In this document: positions 1-8,556 of the stretch, one piece after another
Numbering within the stretch: position 1 is the stretch's first letter
How the letters are laid out: every line of letters begins with the position of its first letter
IMG/VR virus record: IMGVR_UViG_3300022666_000097
Span: 1 to 29,185 of that record
Source of the DNA: a virus
Lineage: Duplodnaviria > Caudoviricetes
Strand: one strand, 5' to 3'
Length of the DNA stretch: 29,185 nt
Position numbers and translations under genes: made by a program
The notes under the pieces: model-generated
What the model was told of the DNA's origin: nothing
Seen by the model: the letters and a program-made list of their open reading frames with translations, nothing else
The model's database searches: none

Positions 1-266
1 CCATAATGACGATCATATATATGCCAACACTTAAATCCTGATAAATTAACGGTATATATTCGCGAAGGTCTCCATCCCCATTGTTCATCGATCGGAAAAC
101 CGTCTATATATTCATTAGTATCAATAAAACACGATAAAATGTGTTGATTATCGTACATGGGATCGGCAGGAATAGCCAATATATGTTCATGCAATAAATA
201 CAGTACAGGAGGTCTAACCTCATCAAGTATCATGATTTCATTCTTTCCGGTTCCAATAATATGCAA
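1..266 (-). CDS. Hypothetical protein, runs off the window edge; paralog of 533..841
   Basis: Not in the ORF track. TTG start at 266 after GGGGTGA; my translation MHIIGTGKNEIMILDEVRPPVLY..LAIP..HIL..WGW is open to base 1 and aligns with MHIIGTSGNKVIVLETKPAVYY..LAIP..HIL..WGW. Confidence 0.75.
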   Translation of the reverse strand, partial: MHIIGTGKNEIMILDEVRPPVLYLLHEHILAIPADPMYDNQHILSCFIDTNEYIDGFPIDEQWGWRPSRIYTVNLSGFKCWHIYDRHY

Positions 267-267
267 A

Positions 268-558
268 TTAGTCACCCCTTTCTTCTGGAAATTCTTCATA
301 TATCAAATTTTGGTAATATTCCCAAGCTGTGTTCATATCATCATATTTAATTATATTGTTTTCATGCAATACGATTATTTTGGATCCAATCACTTTCATG
401 ATGATTTCGGATTTTTTATTTCCTTCCATGTCTAATAAGTTCATGCGTATTATACCATATCGCCGCAATTTCTTAATTGCCATCAACTTCAAATGGACTA
501 ATTTAAGACGATATACATCAAGATAATTCATTTCATTTCCTTTTTGTGTTCCGATCAT
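268..558 (-). CDS. Hypothetical protein (start uncertain)
   Basis: ORF packed tightly between co-oriented neighbours; no recognisable motif. Confidence 0.55.
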   Translation of the reverse strand: MIGTQKGNEMNYLDVYRLKLVHLKLMAIKKLRRYGIIRMNLLDMEGNKKSEIIMKVIGSKIIVLHENNIIKYDDMNTAWEYYQNLIYEEFPEERGD

Positions 559-841
559 ATACTTCTTTTATTATGGATAAATATTCGATTCCCTTTTCCA
601 TATCACAAAACATATACCACCCGCGATAATTTTGCATATTTATTCCATCTGCCATCCGCCGGGACCACCCCCAATCGAAGTTTAATCGGGTATCCCCTAT
701 AATCGTATTTTTATCCATGAATTGTGGAAGAATATGATCCTTGCCAGGAATGGCAAGCAAACCATTCGAAACATAATAATATACTGCTGGCTTGGTTTCA
801 AGAACTATGACCTTGTTTCCCGAAGTTCCTATTATATGCAT
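533..841 (-). CDS. Hypothetical protein; paralog of 1..266
   Basis: Start moved to ATG 841 (MHIIG) because the paralog begins at the same residue. Confidence 0.7.
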   Translation of the reverse strand: MHIIGTSGNKVIVLETKPAVYYYVSNGLLAIPGKDHILPQFMDKNTIIGDTRLNFDWGWSRRMADGINMQNYRGWYMFCDMEKGIEYLSIIKEVYDRNTKRK

Positions 842-845
842 AAGA

Positions 846-1247
846 TCACTTCCCATGGATTGATATCGATTTTATTCTATTAAATATTCTAACAATGCGT
901 CTTTTAATTCTATTTATAATATATACTCTATACAGTATGCGAAACTCTCGTTCTATGTCACGTTCCGAATACGATGAATAGGTACTTTGTTGAACATGTC
1001 GAAATCCCGGTTTACGTATACCACTGCCCCATGTATTCCATAATCTTTCTCCGAATAATCGAGTATTCGACGATTGATATATTTTCAATATTTTTCCATG
1101 TGATGAAGGGATAAAAATACACATTGCATAATAAGGATAATTATCTCCATAATAACCATGATACTTAATAGTTCCATATACTAATGGAAGACTATTAGTA
1201 ACATATGTAACCGTACCATCTTCACTGTACAGTTCATTGATTTTCAT
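846..1247 (-). CDS. Hypothetical protein
   Basis: ATG at 1247 follows an AAGGGGG RBS-like sequence; operon packing. Confidence 0.6.
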   Translation of the reverse strand: MKINELYSEDGTVTYVTNSLPLVYGTIKYHGYYGDNYPYYAMCIFIPSSHGKILKIYQSSNTRLFGERLWNTWGSGIRKPGFRHVQQSTYSSYSERDIEREFRILYRVYIINRIKRRIVRIFNRIKSISIHGK

Positions 1248-1317
1248 GATGCCCCCTTGATTATTGAATGTCGCCAATTCTTTGGTTCAAAAAAATCAGA
1301 TATCTTTCTTATCCTTC

Positions 1318-1548
1318 CTATGATTCTATTATTTTCCCAACTGTTATTTGACTATTATTATCCAGGAAGATATCCATCCAACAAACGGATTCTGATTCAT
1401 TCCATCCGGAAAAATCTGCCCTTTCAAATATTTCAAAACAGTTGTTCATAGCTTCATCAAGCTCACTAAATTCTTCTTGCATATTTCCTATTACCAAGGT
1501 ATACATCGATCTCATCTCCCTCTTTTCATATGATATGTGGATTATCAT
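1318..1548 (-). CDS. Small acidic hypothetical protein (true start probably a later ATG)
   Basis: ORF just downstream of a BRE/TATA element at 1553-1570. Confidence 0.5.
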   Translation of the reverse strand: MIIHISYEKREMRSMYTLVIGNMQEEFSELDEAMNNCFEIFERADFSGWNESESVCWMDIFLDNNSQITVGKIIES

Positions 1549-1552
1549 TAGA

Positions 1553-1570
1553 TCTATAAATAGATTTCGG
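1553..1570 (-). promoter_or_regulatory. Archaeal BRE/TATA promoter
   Basis: CCGAAATCTATTTATAGA on minus; the core GAAATCTATTTATA recurs at 21176 on plus. Confidence 0.55.
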
Positions 1571-1587
1571 ACCTTAGAATTCGATTA

Positions 1588-1612
1588 TAATAAAAAAATA
1601 TAAAAAAGAAAT
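1588..1612 (-). terminator. U-rich archaeal-type terminator after queC
   Basis: T-tracts on the minus strand immediately after the queC stop. Confidence 0.4.
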
Positions 1613-1614
1613 AT

Positions 1615-2298
1615 TCAATGGGATAAATACATTATTGGATCTGTCATTCCATTGATGGTAAATGCTTCCATTCTTTCTATACAAGTCGGACAGACACCAC
1701 ATGATTGTCCAGCATTATAACATGACCTGGTAAGCTCATATGGCACACCCAATTCCAAACCAATCTTGACAATATCGCCCTTGGTTAGATGAATGAAAGG
1801 TGCTTCTATTCTAACAGGATGCCATAATGTTGAAATTCTGGTTGTTTCATTCAGTGATTCCAGGAATTCAGGACGGCAATCCGGATATAAAGAATGATCT
1901 CCGCTATGCGCCGCATACATCACGGAATCAATGCCCCTGGCAGCAGCTATTCCGACTGCTATCGATAACAGAATTTGATTCCTATTAGGAACTACTGTTA
2001 TCTTGGCAGATTCATCAGTGTAACCACATTCCGGAACTTCGATATCAGGATTAGTCAACGCGCTGGAATCTATATACTTGAACACCGGTCTGACATCAAC
2101 TATATCATGTCGGATATCAATACCGAGGTCAGGATCCTCTTTCATGAACTTTATCATCTTCTGGGCGTATTCTATTTCTTGCCGATGTCTTTGGCCATAA
2201 TCAAAGGTTATAGCTTCGACATCATAACCGTCGCTGTATAGCTTCCAAAGAAGAGTGGCAGAATCCATACCACCGGAATATATCAAAAGAGACTTCAT
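1615..2298 (-). CDS. queC: 7-cyano-7-deazaguanine (preQ0) synthase QueC
   Basis: SGGMDS PP-loop, FDYGQRH, VPNRN, YPDCRPEF, SCY..CGVCPTC Zn site. Confidence 0.96.
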   Translation of the reverse strand: MKSLLIYSGGMDSATLLWKLYSDGYDVEAITFDYGQRHRQEIEYAQKMIKFMKEDPDLGIDIRHDIVDVRPVFKYIDSSALTNPDIEVPECGYTDESAKITVVPNRNQILLSIAVGIAAARGIDSVMYAAHSGDHSLYPDCRPEFLESLNETTRISTLWHPVRIEAPFIHLTKGDIVKIGLELGVPYELTRSCYNAGQSCGVCPTCIERMEAFTINGMTDPIMYLSH

Positions 2299-2846
2299 TT
2301 TAATAGCTCCAATGTTTCCGATTTGAGACTAGAATTTTCTTTAAATATGCCACGAACAGCAGAACTTTCGGTAATTCCCGGTATCCTTGCTCCCCGTACA
2401 GTCATACAAGTATGATGAGCATTTACCTTCACCATGACTCCCCGAACCCCTGGTATCCAATTCATAAGATAATCGGCTATTTGAGCTGTCATATTTTCTT
2501 GAAGTTGTGGTCTAGAAGCAAATTTCCGAACAGTTCTTGCTACTTTACTAAGCCCCACAATATGAGTCGATGGAATGTAAGCAACAGCGGCAGTTCCCGA
2601 AAATTGCATCAAATGATGGTTACAAAATGATGTGAATTCTATATCTTTTACCATAATTAAATCATCACTAAGGGCTGGAAATATGCCTTTTCCGTGTTCC
2701 AATTCATCCCAATCTCGCCATGATTTGAATTCATCCATCATGCGACGAATCCGGTCAGGAGTATTCATTCTTGCTTCATCATCGAATAATTCTATTGGAA
2801 AATATAATCCAATCTGGCTAGGAACTTCGCAACAGTCTTCGCTCAT
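2295..2846 (-). CDS. folE: GTP cyclohydrolase I
   Basis: TPDR, SFCNHHL (CEHH-like), GLSKVAR, PQLQE, HTCMTVRG. Start set to ATG 2846, which overlaps the queD stop (ATGA). Confidence 0.93.
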   Translation of the reverse strand: MSEDCCEVPSQIGLYFPIELFDDEARMNTPDRIRRMMDEFKSWRDWDELEHGKGIFPALSDDLIMVKDIEFTSFCNHHLMQFSGTAAVAYIPSTHIVGLSKVARTVRKFASRPQLQENMTAQIADYLMNWIPGVRGVMVKVNAHHTCMTVRGARIPGITESSAVRGIFKENSSLKSETLELLK

Positions 2847-3250
2847 GCTGATTCCTTTGCATAATTGTCTTCGGATTCTTTTACAGTTACTTCTATCCAA
2901 TCATCATTATGAAGGTTTGCCATAATTGATATATCCCGAAGTATTTCTTTTGCTATATTTTCAGCAGTTGGATTCTTTTCATCCATTTTTGTTACTGCCA
3001 ATCCCATCTTTTCGAATACCGGTACTAATGGATCCTCGCTATTAAAGATTGCTCGATGATCCCACTTTTGTTTGAAGTATTCTTTGATTCTTCTGTAATC
3101 CAACAACATGCCGCATTGATCTAATGGATTATCAGAATCTATCGTTATGCAAACAGACCATGAGTGACCATGGCACATATTGCAACTTCCCGAATATCCA
3201 AATAACCGGTGTGCTGCATCGAAGGTTACTTTCTGTTGTAGTTCAGTCAT
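2843..3250 (-). CDS. queD: 6-carboxy-5,6,7,8-tetrahydropterin synthase QueD
   Basis: FDAAHRL, C..HGHSW, LDY, WDH, NPTAENIA, C-terminal VKESE. Confidence 0.95.
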   Translation of the reverse strand: MTELQQKVTFDAAHRLFGYSGSCNMCHGHSWSVCITIDSDNPLDQCGMLLDYRRIKEYFKQKWDHRAIFNSEDPLVPVFEKMGLAVTKMDEKNPTAENIAKEILRDISIMANLHNDDWIEVTVKESEDNYAKESA

Positions 3251-3308
3251 TATTTTCTTCTCCTTAAATTCGATTCAAAAAAGATTATATTCAAATGTTA
3301 TTCTCTTG

Positions 3309-3323
3309 GTATTTAAAGGTTTT
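3309..3323 (-). promoter_or_regulatory. Archaeal BRE/TATA promoter of queD-folE-queC
   Basis: AAAACCTTTAAATAC on minus, overlapping the end of the upstream transglycosylase gene; nearly identical to 6770-6784. Confidence 0.65.
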
Positions 3324-4461
3324 GCCATCCAAATAAATTGCTTTCAAAACTATTATTATTAGGTTTAACAAATAAATCATGATAATGATCATAAACATAT
3401 CTTGATCCATGTTTATCAAAATCATCGAATATACTAGTTACATTCTGGATAAGATCTTTTTCTCCCAGTGCTTTCGCATATTCTGGCAAGACTTCCATAT
3501 CATCTACAAAGCATTCTATCATGCGGTTGACTTCCAAATATTGATATAAGTTGTGGAAGCTGACCAAAAGTGATGTAATTGGAGTATAATTATAAATATC
3601 TCCTATATTCATACTGGAACATACTGGACAATCACATGGCATACCAATCATAGAATGATCGCTGGATTTTTCTCCCAAGCTAACGAATTTCTTAATATCA
3701 AGCGGAAATCCATACGACATAAACTGGTAGCCTTTTGCCCAACTGCTGCTATCGAAGGTAAGAGCAGAATCATATTTGTTTGCCAACATAGATAATGATA
3801 TCATATTAGCAGGGGCACTCACTCCGAAGAAGTGACAATTATTCAGCACGGATTCTTCTCCCCTTTCTATCAAATATAGATAGGCCACTAGTTTCAAGTA
3901 TACGTTAGTACTGGGATGAATACCTAATGCCCATCCATCGAAGCTAAAATCTTTCACTACATGATACCATTGATCTATCTGATCATATGTCTTTCCATGC
4001 AAAACATTGTATAATTTAAAGTCATAATTTTGTCTATTTTCTTCGAATATTTTAAAATTCCGGCACGATTCTGACAAAGCTGCATCAAAATCCATAAAAC
4101 TAGGAGGTACATCCAAGTTCATACCGATGTCAGAGTTCCGTTCCAACCATCTCAGTATTTGAATCGCATTTAAGTCAACTGGTTTCCCCTTTCTTTCGAA
4201 TGTCATCATCTGAAAGCCGCCACTGTCTCCCAATATTATAGTATCATCGGGATACTTCATGCGACTTCGATGGTCATAATCTTCTTCATATGACAATCTA
4301 TAGTATGCATTTTGGAGAATTATATTATAATCAAAGAATGATTTTCCAGGATTAAAGAATTCAAAATTTCTGCCGGCAAATTCTTGATGTCGTAACCAAT
4401 GATACATCGTGTGGTTACAAATTGCGGGAACATAATTCGAACCTTTCGGAATTGTTTTCAT
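3313..4461 (-). CDS. dpdA: TGT/DpdA-family guanine transglycosylase, paralog A
   Basis: GDSGGFQ, MNLD, VLHG, GWALG, HFFG, TFDSSS, CDCPVC-x21-H; next to the preQ0 genes. Start at ATG 4461 (MKTIPKG) matches the paralogs. A DNA substrate is inferred. Confidence 0.82.
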   Translation of the reverse strand: MKTIPKGSNYVPAICNHTMYHWLRHQEFAGRNFEFFNPGKSFFDYNIILQNAYYRLSYEEDYDHRSRMKYPDDTIILGDSGGFQMMTFERKGKPVDLNAIQILRWLERNSDIGMNLDVPPSFMDFDAALSESCRNFKIFEENRQNYDFKLYNVLHGKTYDQIDQWYHVVKDFSFDGWALGIHPSTNVYLKLVAYLYLIERGEESVLNNCHFFGVSAPANMISLSMLANKYDSALTFDSSSWAKGYQFMSYGFPLDIKKFVSLGEKSSDHSMIGMPCDCPVCSSMNIGDIYNYTPITSLLVSFHNLYQYLEVNRMIECFVDDMEVLPEYAKALGEKDLIQNVTSIFDDFDKHGSRYVYDHYHDLFVKPNNNSFESNLFGWQNL

Positions 4462-4463
4462 TT

Positions 4464-5600
4464 CTACCAACTCCTAAATAAATTAGTTGGTTTGATTCTA
4501 TTTTCTGGTTTTGGAACAAATAATTTCTTATATTTACTATATATATATTCTGTATTATAATTATCAAAATCATTTAATATATTGACTATATCTGATATTA
4601 ATATATTTTCGTTTACTGATTTCCCGTATTGGATTAAAGCTTGCATATCATCTGCCAATGCATTTATCATTCTATTGGTTTCTATGAATTGATATAAATT
4701 ATGATATGATATTAATGATGGGGACATTGTGTCATATTTATATATTTCTTTTATGTCAGTAGACTGGCATACTGGACAATCGCATGGCAAACTTTTCATA
4801 GAATTTTTTGTTTGTCCTAATCTAGATCTATGCCTAACGTCCAATGGAAAGTAATAATCCGAAAATCTGTACCCAGTAGCCCAAGTGCTACTATCAAATG
4901 TTAATGATAGATCAAATTTTTTACTTAACATACTTAGTGCGATCATGTTATCCATGGAACTTATTCCGAAAAAATGAGTATTTTGGTATATCGACTCTTC
5001 TCCATGTTCCAATAGATATAAAAATGATAATATCTTTAAATAAGTATTCGTATGAGGCCGAATTCCTATTGCCCACCCATCAAAATCGAAATCTTTTACA
5101 TGAGAATACCAAGTTATTATGTCATTATATGATTTTCCATGCAATATATTATACAGCTTAAATATATAATTTTCTCTATTATTTTGAAATAATTCAAAAT
5201 TTTGAATAGATGTCCTTAAAGAATATTCAAAATTATCGGTGGGCGGGCTATCTAAATTCATTCCGATGTCTGCATTATTTTCCATCCATCTAAGTATTTT
5301 TATAGGATCTATATTTATACTAGTACCTTTTTTATTTGCCATCATTATTTGAAAACCGCCACTATCTCCTATCAATACCATATCATCAGGATAATTCATT
5401 CTGGACCGATGATTATTATCTTTTTCTGACGATGATATATCATATGCATTTATTAATTGCATATCATAGTCAAAGAATGAATTTCCTTTATCAAAGAATC
5501 TAAATCCTATATCATTATACATCATATTGGTCATTTGGCATTTTAAAGTATGACTAGATACCGCCGGAACATAATTCGACCCCTTTGGTATAATTTTCAT
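4464..5600 (-). CDS. dpdA: TGT/DpdA-family guanine transglycosylase, paralog B
   Basis: GDSGGFQ, MNLD, ILHG, GWAIG, HFFG, TFDSST, CDCPVC-x21-H; ATGA overlap with paralog C. Confidence 0.82.
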   Translation of the reverse strand: MKIIPKGSNYVPAVSSHTLKCQMTNMMYNDIGFRFFDKGNSFFDYDMQLINAYDISSSEKDNNHRSRMNYPDDMVLIGDSGGFQIMMANKKGTSINIDPIKILRWMENNADIGMNLDSPPTDNFEYSLRTSIQNFELFQNNRENYIFKLYNILHGKSYNDIITWYSHVKDFDFDGWAIGIRPHTNTYLKILSFLYLLEHGEESIYQNTHFFGISSMDNMIALSMLSKKFDLSLTFDSSTWATGYRFSDYYFPLDVRHRSRLGQTKNSMKSLPCDCPVCQSTDIKEIYKYDTMSPSLISYHNLYQFIETNRMINALADDMQALIQYGKSVNENILISDIVNILNDFDNYNTEYIYSKYKKLFVPKPENRIKPTNLFRSW

Positions 5601-6748
5601 ACTATTTCTCCTGATGAAATAAAAGACATCATATTGTTACCTGGATTGCTCATGTCCCGCAAGACCATACTATGCCGGAAGTTATCATAGACATGACTGA
5701 CGCCCTTTTTCTGGATTTGATCAATAATTATTCTGGCTATCCTAACAGTCTTTTCTTCACCAACCGACTTAGCATATTCCATAAATACGATATCATCGGA
5801 TACCATATTGTTTATCATTCTATTTACTTCTATGTACTGGTATAGATCATGCAGAAGAAGGGATACATAAGCACCTGGACTTTCTTGGGAATACAAATCA
5901 TCGATCTCTAACCGTCGGCAAACCGGACATCTACAAGGAATTGATTGCATGGTCTTCTTTGCATCTCTTCCGAATTCAATACCATATCGTATATCTTTCG
6001 GGAAATAAAACCGTCGGTATCTCATTCCGGTTATATAACTGCTAGAATCGAAAGTCATCGAACCTCCGAATTCATGACTAAGCATAGCAAGTACTAGCAT
6101 ATTCTTGATACCGCTTACCCCGAATAAATGAAAGTTGGTTTCCCAATGGGCAGCATTATTTTCCCTAAGGAACATATAACCGATTATTTGCAAATAGATA
6201 TTATCTGCCGGTCTAGCCCCAAAAGCCCATCCATCGAATTCATAATCTTTCACACCAGAATACCACTTGATCATCTCGGGTAATGTTTTTCCATGCAGGA
6301 CATTATATAATTTAAAGTCATAATTTTCTCTATTATTCTGAAATACGGTGAAATTTTCTTGACTCGTTTTCAAAGACTTATCAAAATTTGTCCAAGGAGG
6401 ACTGTCCAGATTCATTCCGATGTCTGCATTATTTTCCATCCAACGGAGTATCTGAAGTGGTGTTATGCCTATGTCTTGGCCACCTAATTGTGCCTTTGCG
6501 ATCTGAAATCCTCCGCTGTCTGCTATCAGACAATATTCTTTCGGATATCCATATGCTTCCCTAAAATCTGGCGTCTGTTTATCGATCTCATAAGGAACCG
6601 TCGTTAAAAGATATGGATATTGAAAAACAGATTCCGGAGTAAAGAATTTACTATCCTTTCCTTTAAAAATGAAGTCCTTTTCTTTCCAGCGGGTTTCTGC
6701 CGTACTGACCGCTGGAACAAAAGTAGCTTGTTTTGGTAACACAATCAT
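5597..6748 (-). CDS. dpdA: TGT/DpdA-family guanine transglycosylase, paralog C
   Basis: ADSGGFQ, MNLD, VLHG, GWAFG, HLFG, TFDSSS, CRCPVC-x22-H. Start at ATG 6748 (MIVLPKQATFVPAVS) from paralog alignment and promoter position. Confidence 0.82.
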   Translation of the reverse strand: MIVLPKQATFVPAVSTAETRWKEKDFIFKGKDSKFFTPESVFQYPYLLTTVPYEIDKQTPDFREAYGYPKEYCLIADSGGFQIAKAQLGGQDIGITPLQILRWMENNADIGMNLDSPPWTNFDKSLKTSQENFTVFQNNRENYDFKLYNVLHGKTLPEMIKWYSGVKDYEFDGWAFGARPADNIYLQIIGYMFLRENNAAHWETNFHLFGVSGIKNMLVLAMLSHEFGGSMTFDSSSYITGMRYRRFYFPKDIRYGIEFGRDAKKTMQSIPCRCPVCRRLEIDDLYSQESPGAYVSLLLHDLYQYIEVNRMINNMVSDDIVFMEYAKSVGEEKTVRIARIIIDQIQKKGVSHVYDNFRHSMVLRDMSNPGNNMMSFISSGEIV

Positions 6749-6769
6749 AAAATTATAGTGATTACGATA

Positions 6770-6784
6770 GTATATAAAGGTTTT
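6770..6784 (-). promoter_or_regulatory. Archaeal BRE/TATA promoter of the transglycosylase operon (probably leaderless)
   Basis: AAAACCTTTATATAC ends about 21 nt before ATG 6748; no RBS visible. Confidence 0.65.
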
Positions 6785-6823
6785 GGTAACCAAAAATATA
6801 AAAGAAAAGGAGGATAATTCTAT

Positions 6824-7477
6824 TTAGATATATCCCAGTGGTTCGCCCCCTTCCACGAACTGGACATGGATCTGTCCGGCATTGATCAGGTGCGGGAAAT
6901 CCTTCCCTGCTGAGATCAACCGATTCCGAACACTATTCACGGCAGGTTCATCCATACCAGAAGCTCGCAAAGTATTGGCAATAGCTCCCGTGATGGCAAA
7001 TCGATTTCTCTTCATCTCGGAAATATCAAGAACCGGCTTTCCTACCGATTCTTCCGGAACTGTCCGGATCTCCCGGAGTTCAGCAACGGTAGGTGGTTTC
7101 ATAATCACCACTTCTTTTTTCGGCATTTCTGGTGCCTTGATATCCATGACCTGAGCCGCGGGAAGATCCTGAATCAAGACCAATGCCTTATCGGGTTCTG
7201 GTTCAGGCGTCCTGATCTGCTGACCAGATTCATCAACGATGACTTCGACCAATGCTGCCTTATCGGTATGCAGAACCTTCCTCATGTTGTGGCGGAATGT
7301 ATTGCTGAAACTCAACTTCGGAACTTCAGCAATGACATTAGAGGGGAGAGGATCCCCGACATGCACTGCAATGTGACTCGTCTTCGGCGTTCCTTTTCTG
7401 CTGAGTCCCTTGTCAACCTGATAATACTGCACTTCTCTTCCGCATATCTTGCACTTATCTGCTTTTTCGCCTTCCAT
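6824..7477 (-). CDS. Two-domain hypothetical protein with CxxC..H N-domain and Pro/Glu-rich linker; paralog of 7495..7893
   Basis: CKICG..AVHVG; C-domain NRFAITGAIANTLRASGMDE; GAGG RBS; visibly more GC-rich than its neighbours. Confidence 0.8.
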   Translation of the reverse strand: MEGEKADKCKICGREVQYYQVDKGLSRKGTPKTSHIAVHVGDPLPSNVIAEVPKLSFSNTFRHNMRKVLHTDKAALVEVIVDESGQQIRTPEPEPDKALVLIQDLPAAQVMDIKAPEMPKKEVVIMKPPTVAELREIRTVPEESVGKPVLDISEMKRNRFAITGAIANTLRASGMDEPAVNSVRNRLISAGKDFPHLINAGQIHVQFVEGGEPLGYI

Positions 7478-7494
7478 AAATCTCGCCTCATATC

Positions 7495-7893
7495 TTAATG
7501 ATTTCTGATGACTGTCATGCCGTACTTGGCAGCGGTTTCGATGTTGGTATCGTAGTTGCTGCCTCTCGCGAACATCTCTTTTCTGACTTCGTTCGCGGTC
7601 TTTTCATCCATGCCACCGTCTTTCATGACATTGATGATGTCGGTGATCATGGTGAACCGATTCATTCCGGTTGCATCGAAGACCATCTTGGCTTCATTCC
7701 CATCATGGGGAATCATTTCCCGCAGGTTCTTGCGGTAGGTCGCGCTAATCTCATGGATGTCAATCATGACGGCGTCTGTTGGCATTTCTCCTTCATGGAA
7801 TGCTCTCTTGATTGTTCGACCTTCCTTATTGATCTTAGCATATACGACAGGCTTTCCGCAAACCGGACATGTGTTTTTCTTATTGTACATCAT
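7495..7893 (-). CDS. Hypothetical protein; compact paralog of 6824..7477
   Basis: CPVCG..AFHEG; NRFTMITDIINVMKDGGMDE; GAGGTGG RBS. Confidence 0.8.
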   Translation of the reverse strand: MMYNKKNTCPVCGKPVVYAKINKEGRTIKRAFHEGEMPTDAVMIDIHEISATYRKNLREMIPHDGNEAKMVFDATGMNRFTMITDIINVMKDGGMDEKTANEVRKEMFARGSNYDTNIETAAKYGMTVIRNH

Positions 7894-7944
7894 TTCTTAT
7901 CCACCTCAATTCATTTCTTGACAATACCATATATCCCGTTATGC

Positions 7945-7961
7945 CTATATAAAGGTTGTGG
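7945..7961 (-). promoter_or_regulatory. Archaeal BRE/TATA promoter
   Basis: CCACAACCTTTATATAG on minus, upstream of 7893. Confidence 0.6.
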
Positions 7962-7984
7962 AAAAATCGACCATAATCAAGTAA

Positions 7985-8073
7985 AATTTATAAAATAAAT
8001 AAAAAATAAACATCCCCCGACAAAATAATAAAAACAAAAATTAAACAATGTCGTGAATTTATTTAGATTCACG
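7985..8073 (-). terminator. Hairpin plus long U-rich tract ending the clamp/clamp-loader operon
   Basis: Inverted repeat CGTGAAT (8052-8058) / ATTCACG (8067-8073) followed on minus by several T-runs. Confidence 0.45.
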
Positions 8074-8086
8074 GACGTACGGAAAT

Positions 8087-8554
8087 CTAGAAACTGAATA
8101 AGCTGCCTTGCCCCTTGATTGATTTCTTTTCCTTCTTTTTTATTTTGGTATTTATTTCTGGCAATTTTAATAATTTTCTTTCCTTGTTTTCTAATCCCAA
8201 AGCATCAGCCACTTCACTCCAGTCTATATATTCTAGCATCCTATGGTTATGATCGAATTCTTGAAGAGACCAACCATAATATAGCATGATCAAAACCTTT
8301 TTTAATTCCATGATTTTATCTGTTTTTTCTTTGCTTCCTTTAGGATACTTCATGAATGCATTTTTATCCCGAATCCCAACCAATAGCATCTTGCATGCCA
8401 TATCCGGCGGAATAAAGAATAATCTCTTATTTACTTCGGAACACCAGTCTAGATCCACCAGACTCGCGCTAGACCATCGCAAAAGAGGATAGATGAATTT
8501 AGTATCTACCTTCCCGATGTCACCGGATTTGAGGTTTTTAAAGCTTTCAAACAC
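8087..8554 (-). CDS. Probable clamp-loader small subunit, T4 gp62-like
   Basis: Directly after the RFC ATPase; GTG 8554 after GGAGG. Pattern YPLLRWSS..EVN..FMKYPK..YYGWS recalls gp62; ends QGSLFSF. Confidence 0.6.
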   Translation of the reverse strand: MFESFKNLKSGDIGKVDTKFIYPLLRWSSASLVDLDWCSEVNKRLFFIPPDMACKMLLVGIRDKNAFMKYPKGSKEKTDKIMELKKVLIMLYYGWSLQEFDHNHRMLEYIDWSEVADALGLENKERKLLKLPEINTKIKKKEKKSIKGQGSLFSF

Positions 8555-8556
8555 CT

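Noticed and set aside
6749-6793. N-terminal extension of paralog C (likewise the track starts for folE, 8629 and 21031)
   Set aside because: These extensions overlap promoters or neighbouring genes; paralog alignment and RBS positions favour later starts.
7498-7998. Long antisense ORFs (7498..7998, 9161..9556, 10952..11554, 21283..21723, those inside polB)
   Set aside because: Shadows of well-supported genes on the opposite strand; no motifs or RBS.
7962-8085. Replication origin in the A-rich intergenic gap
   Set aside because: Explained by a terminator and a promoter; no iterons or ORB-like repeats seen.
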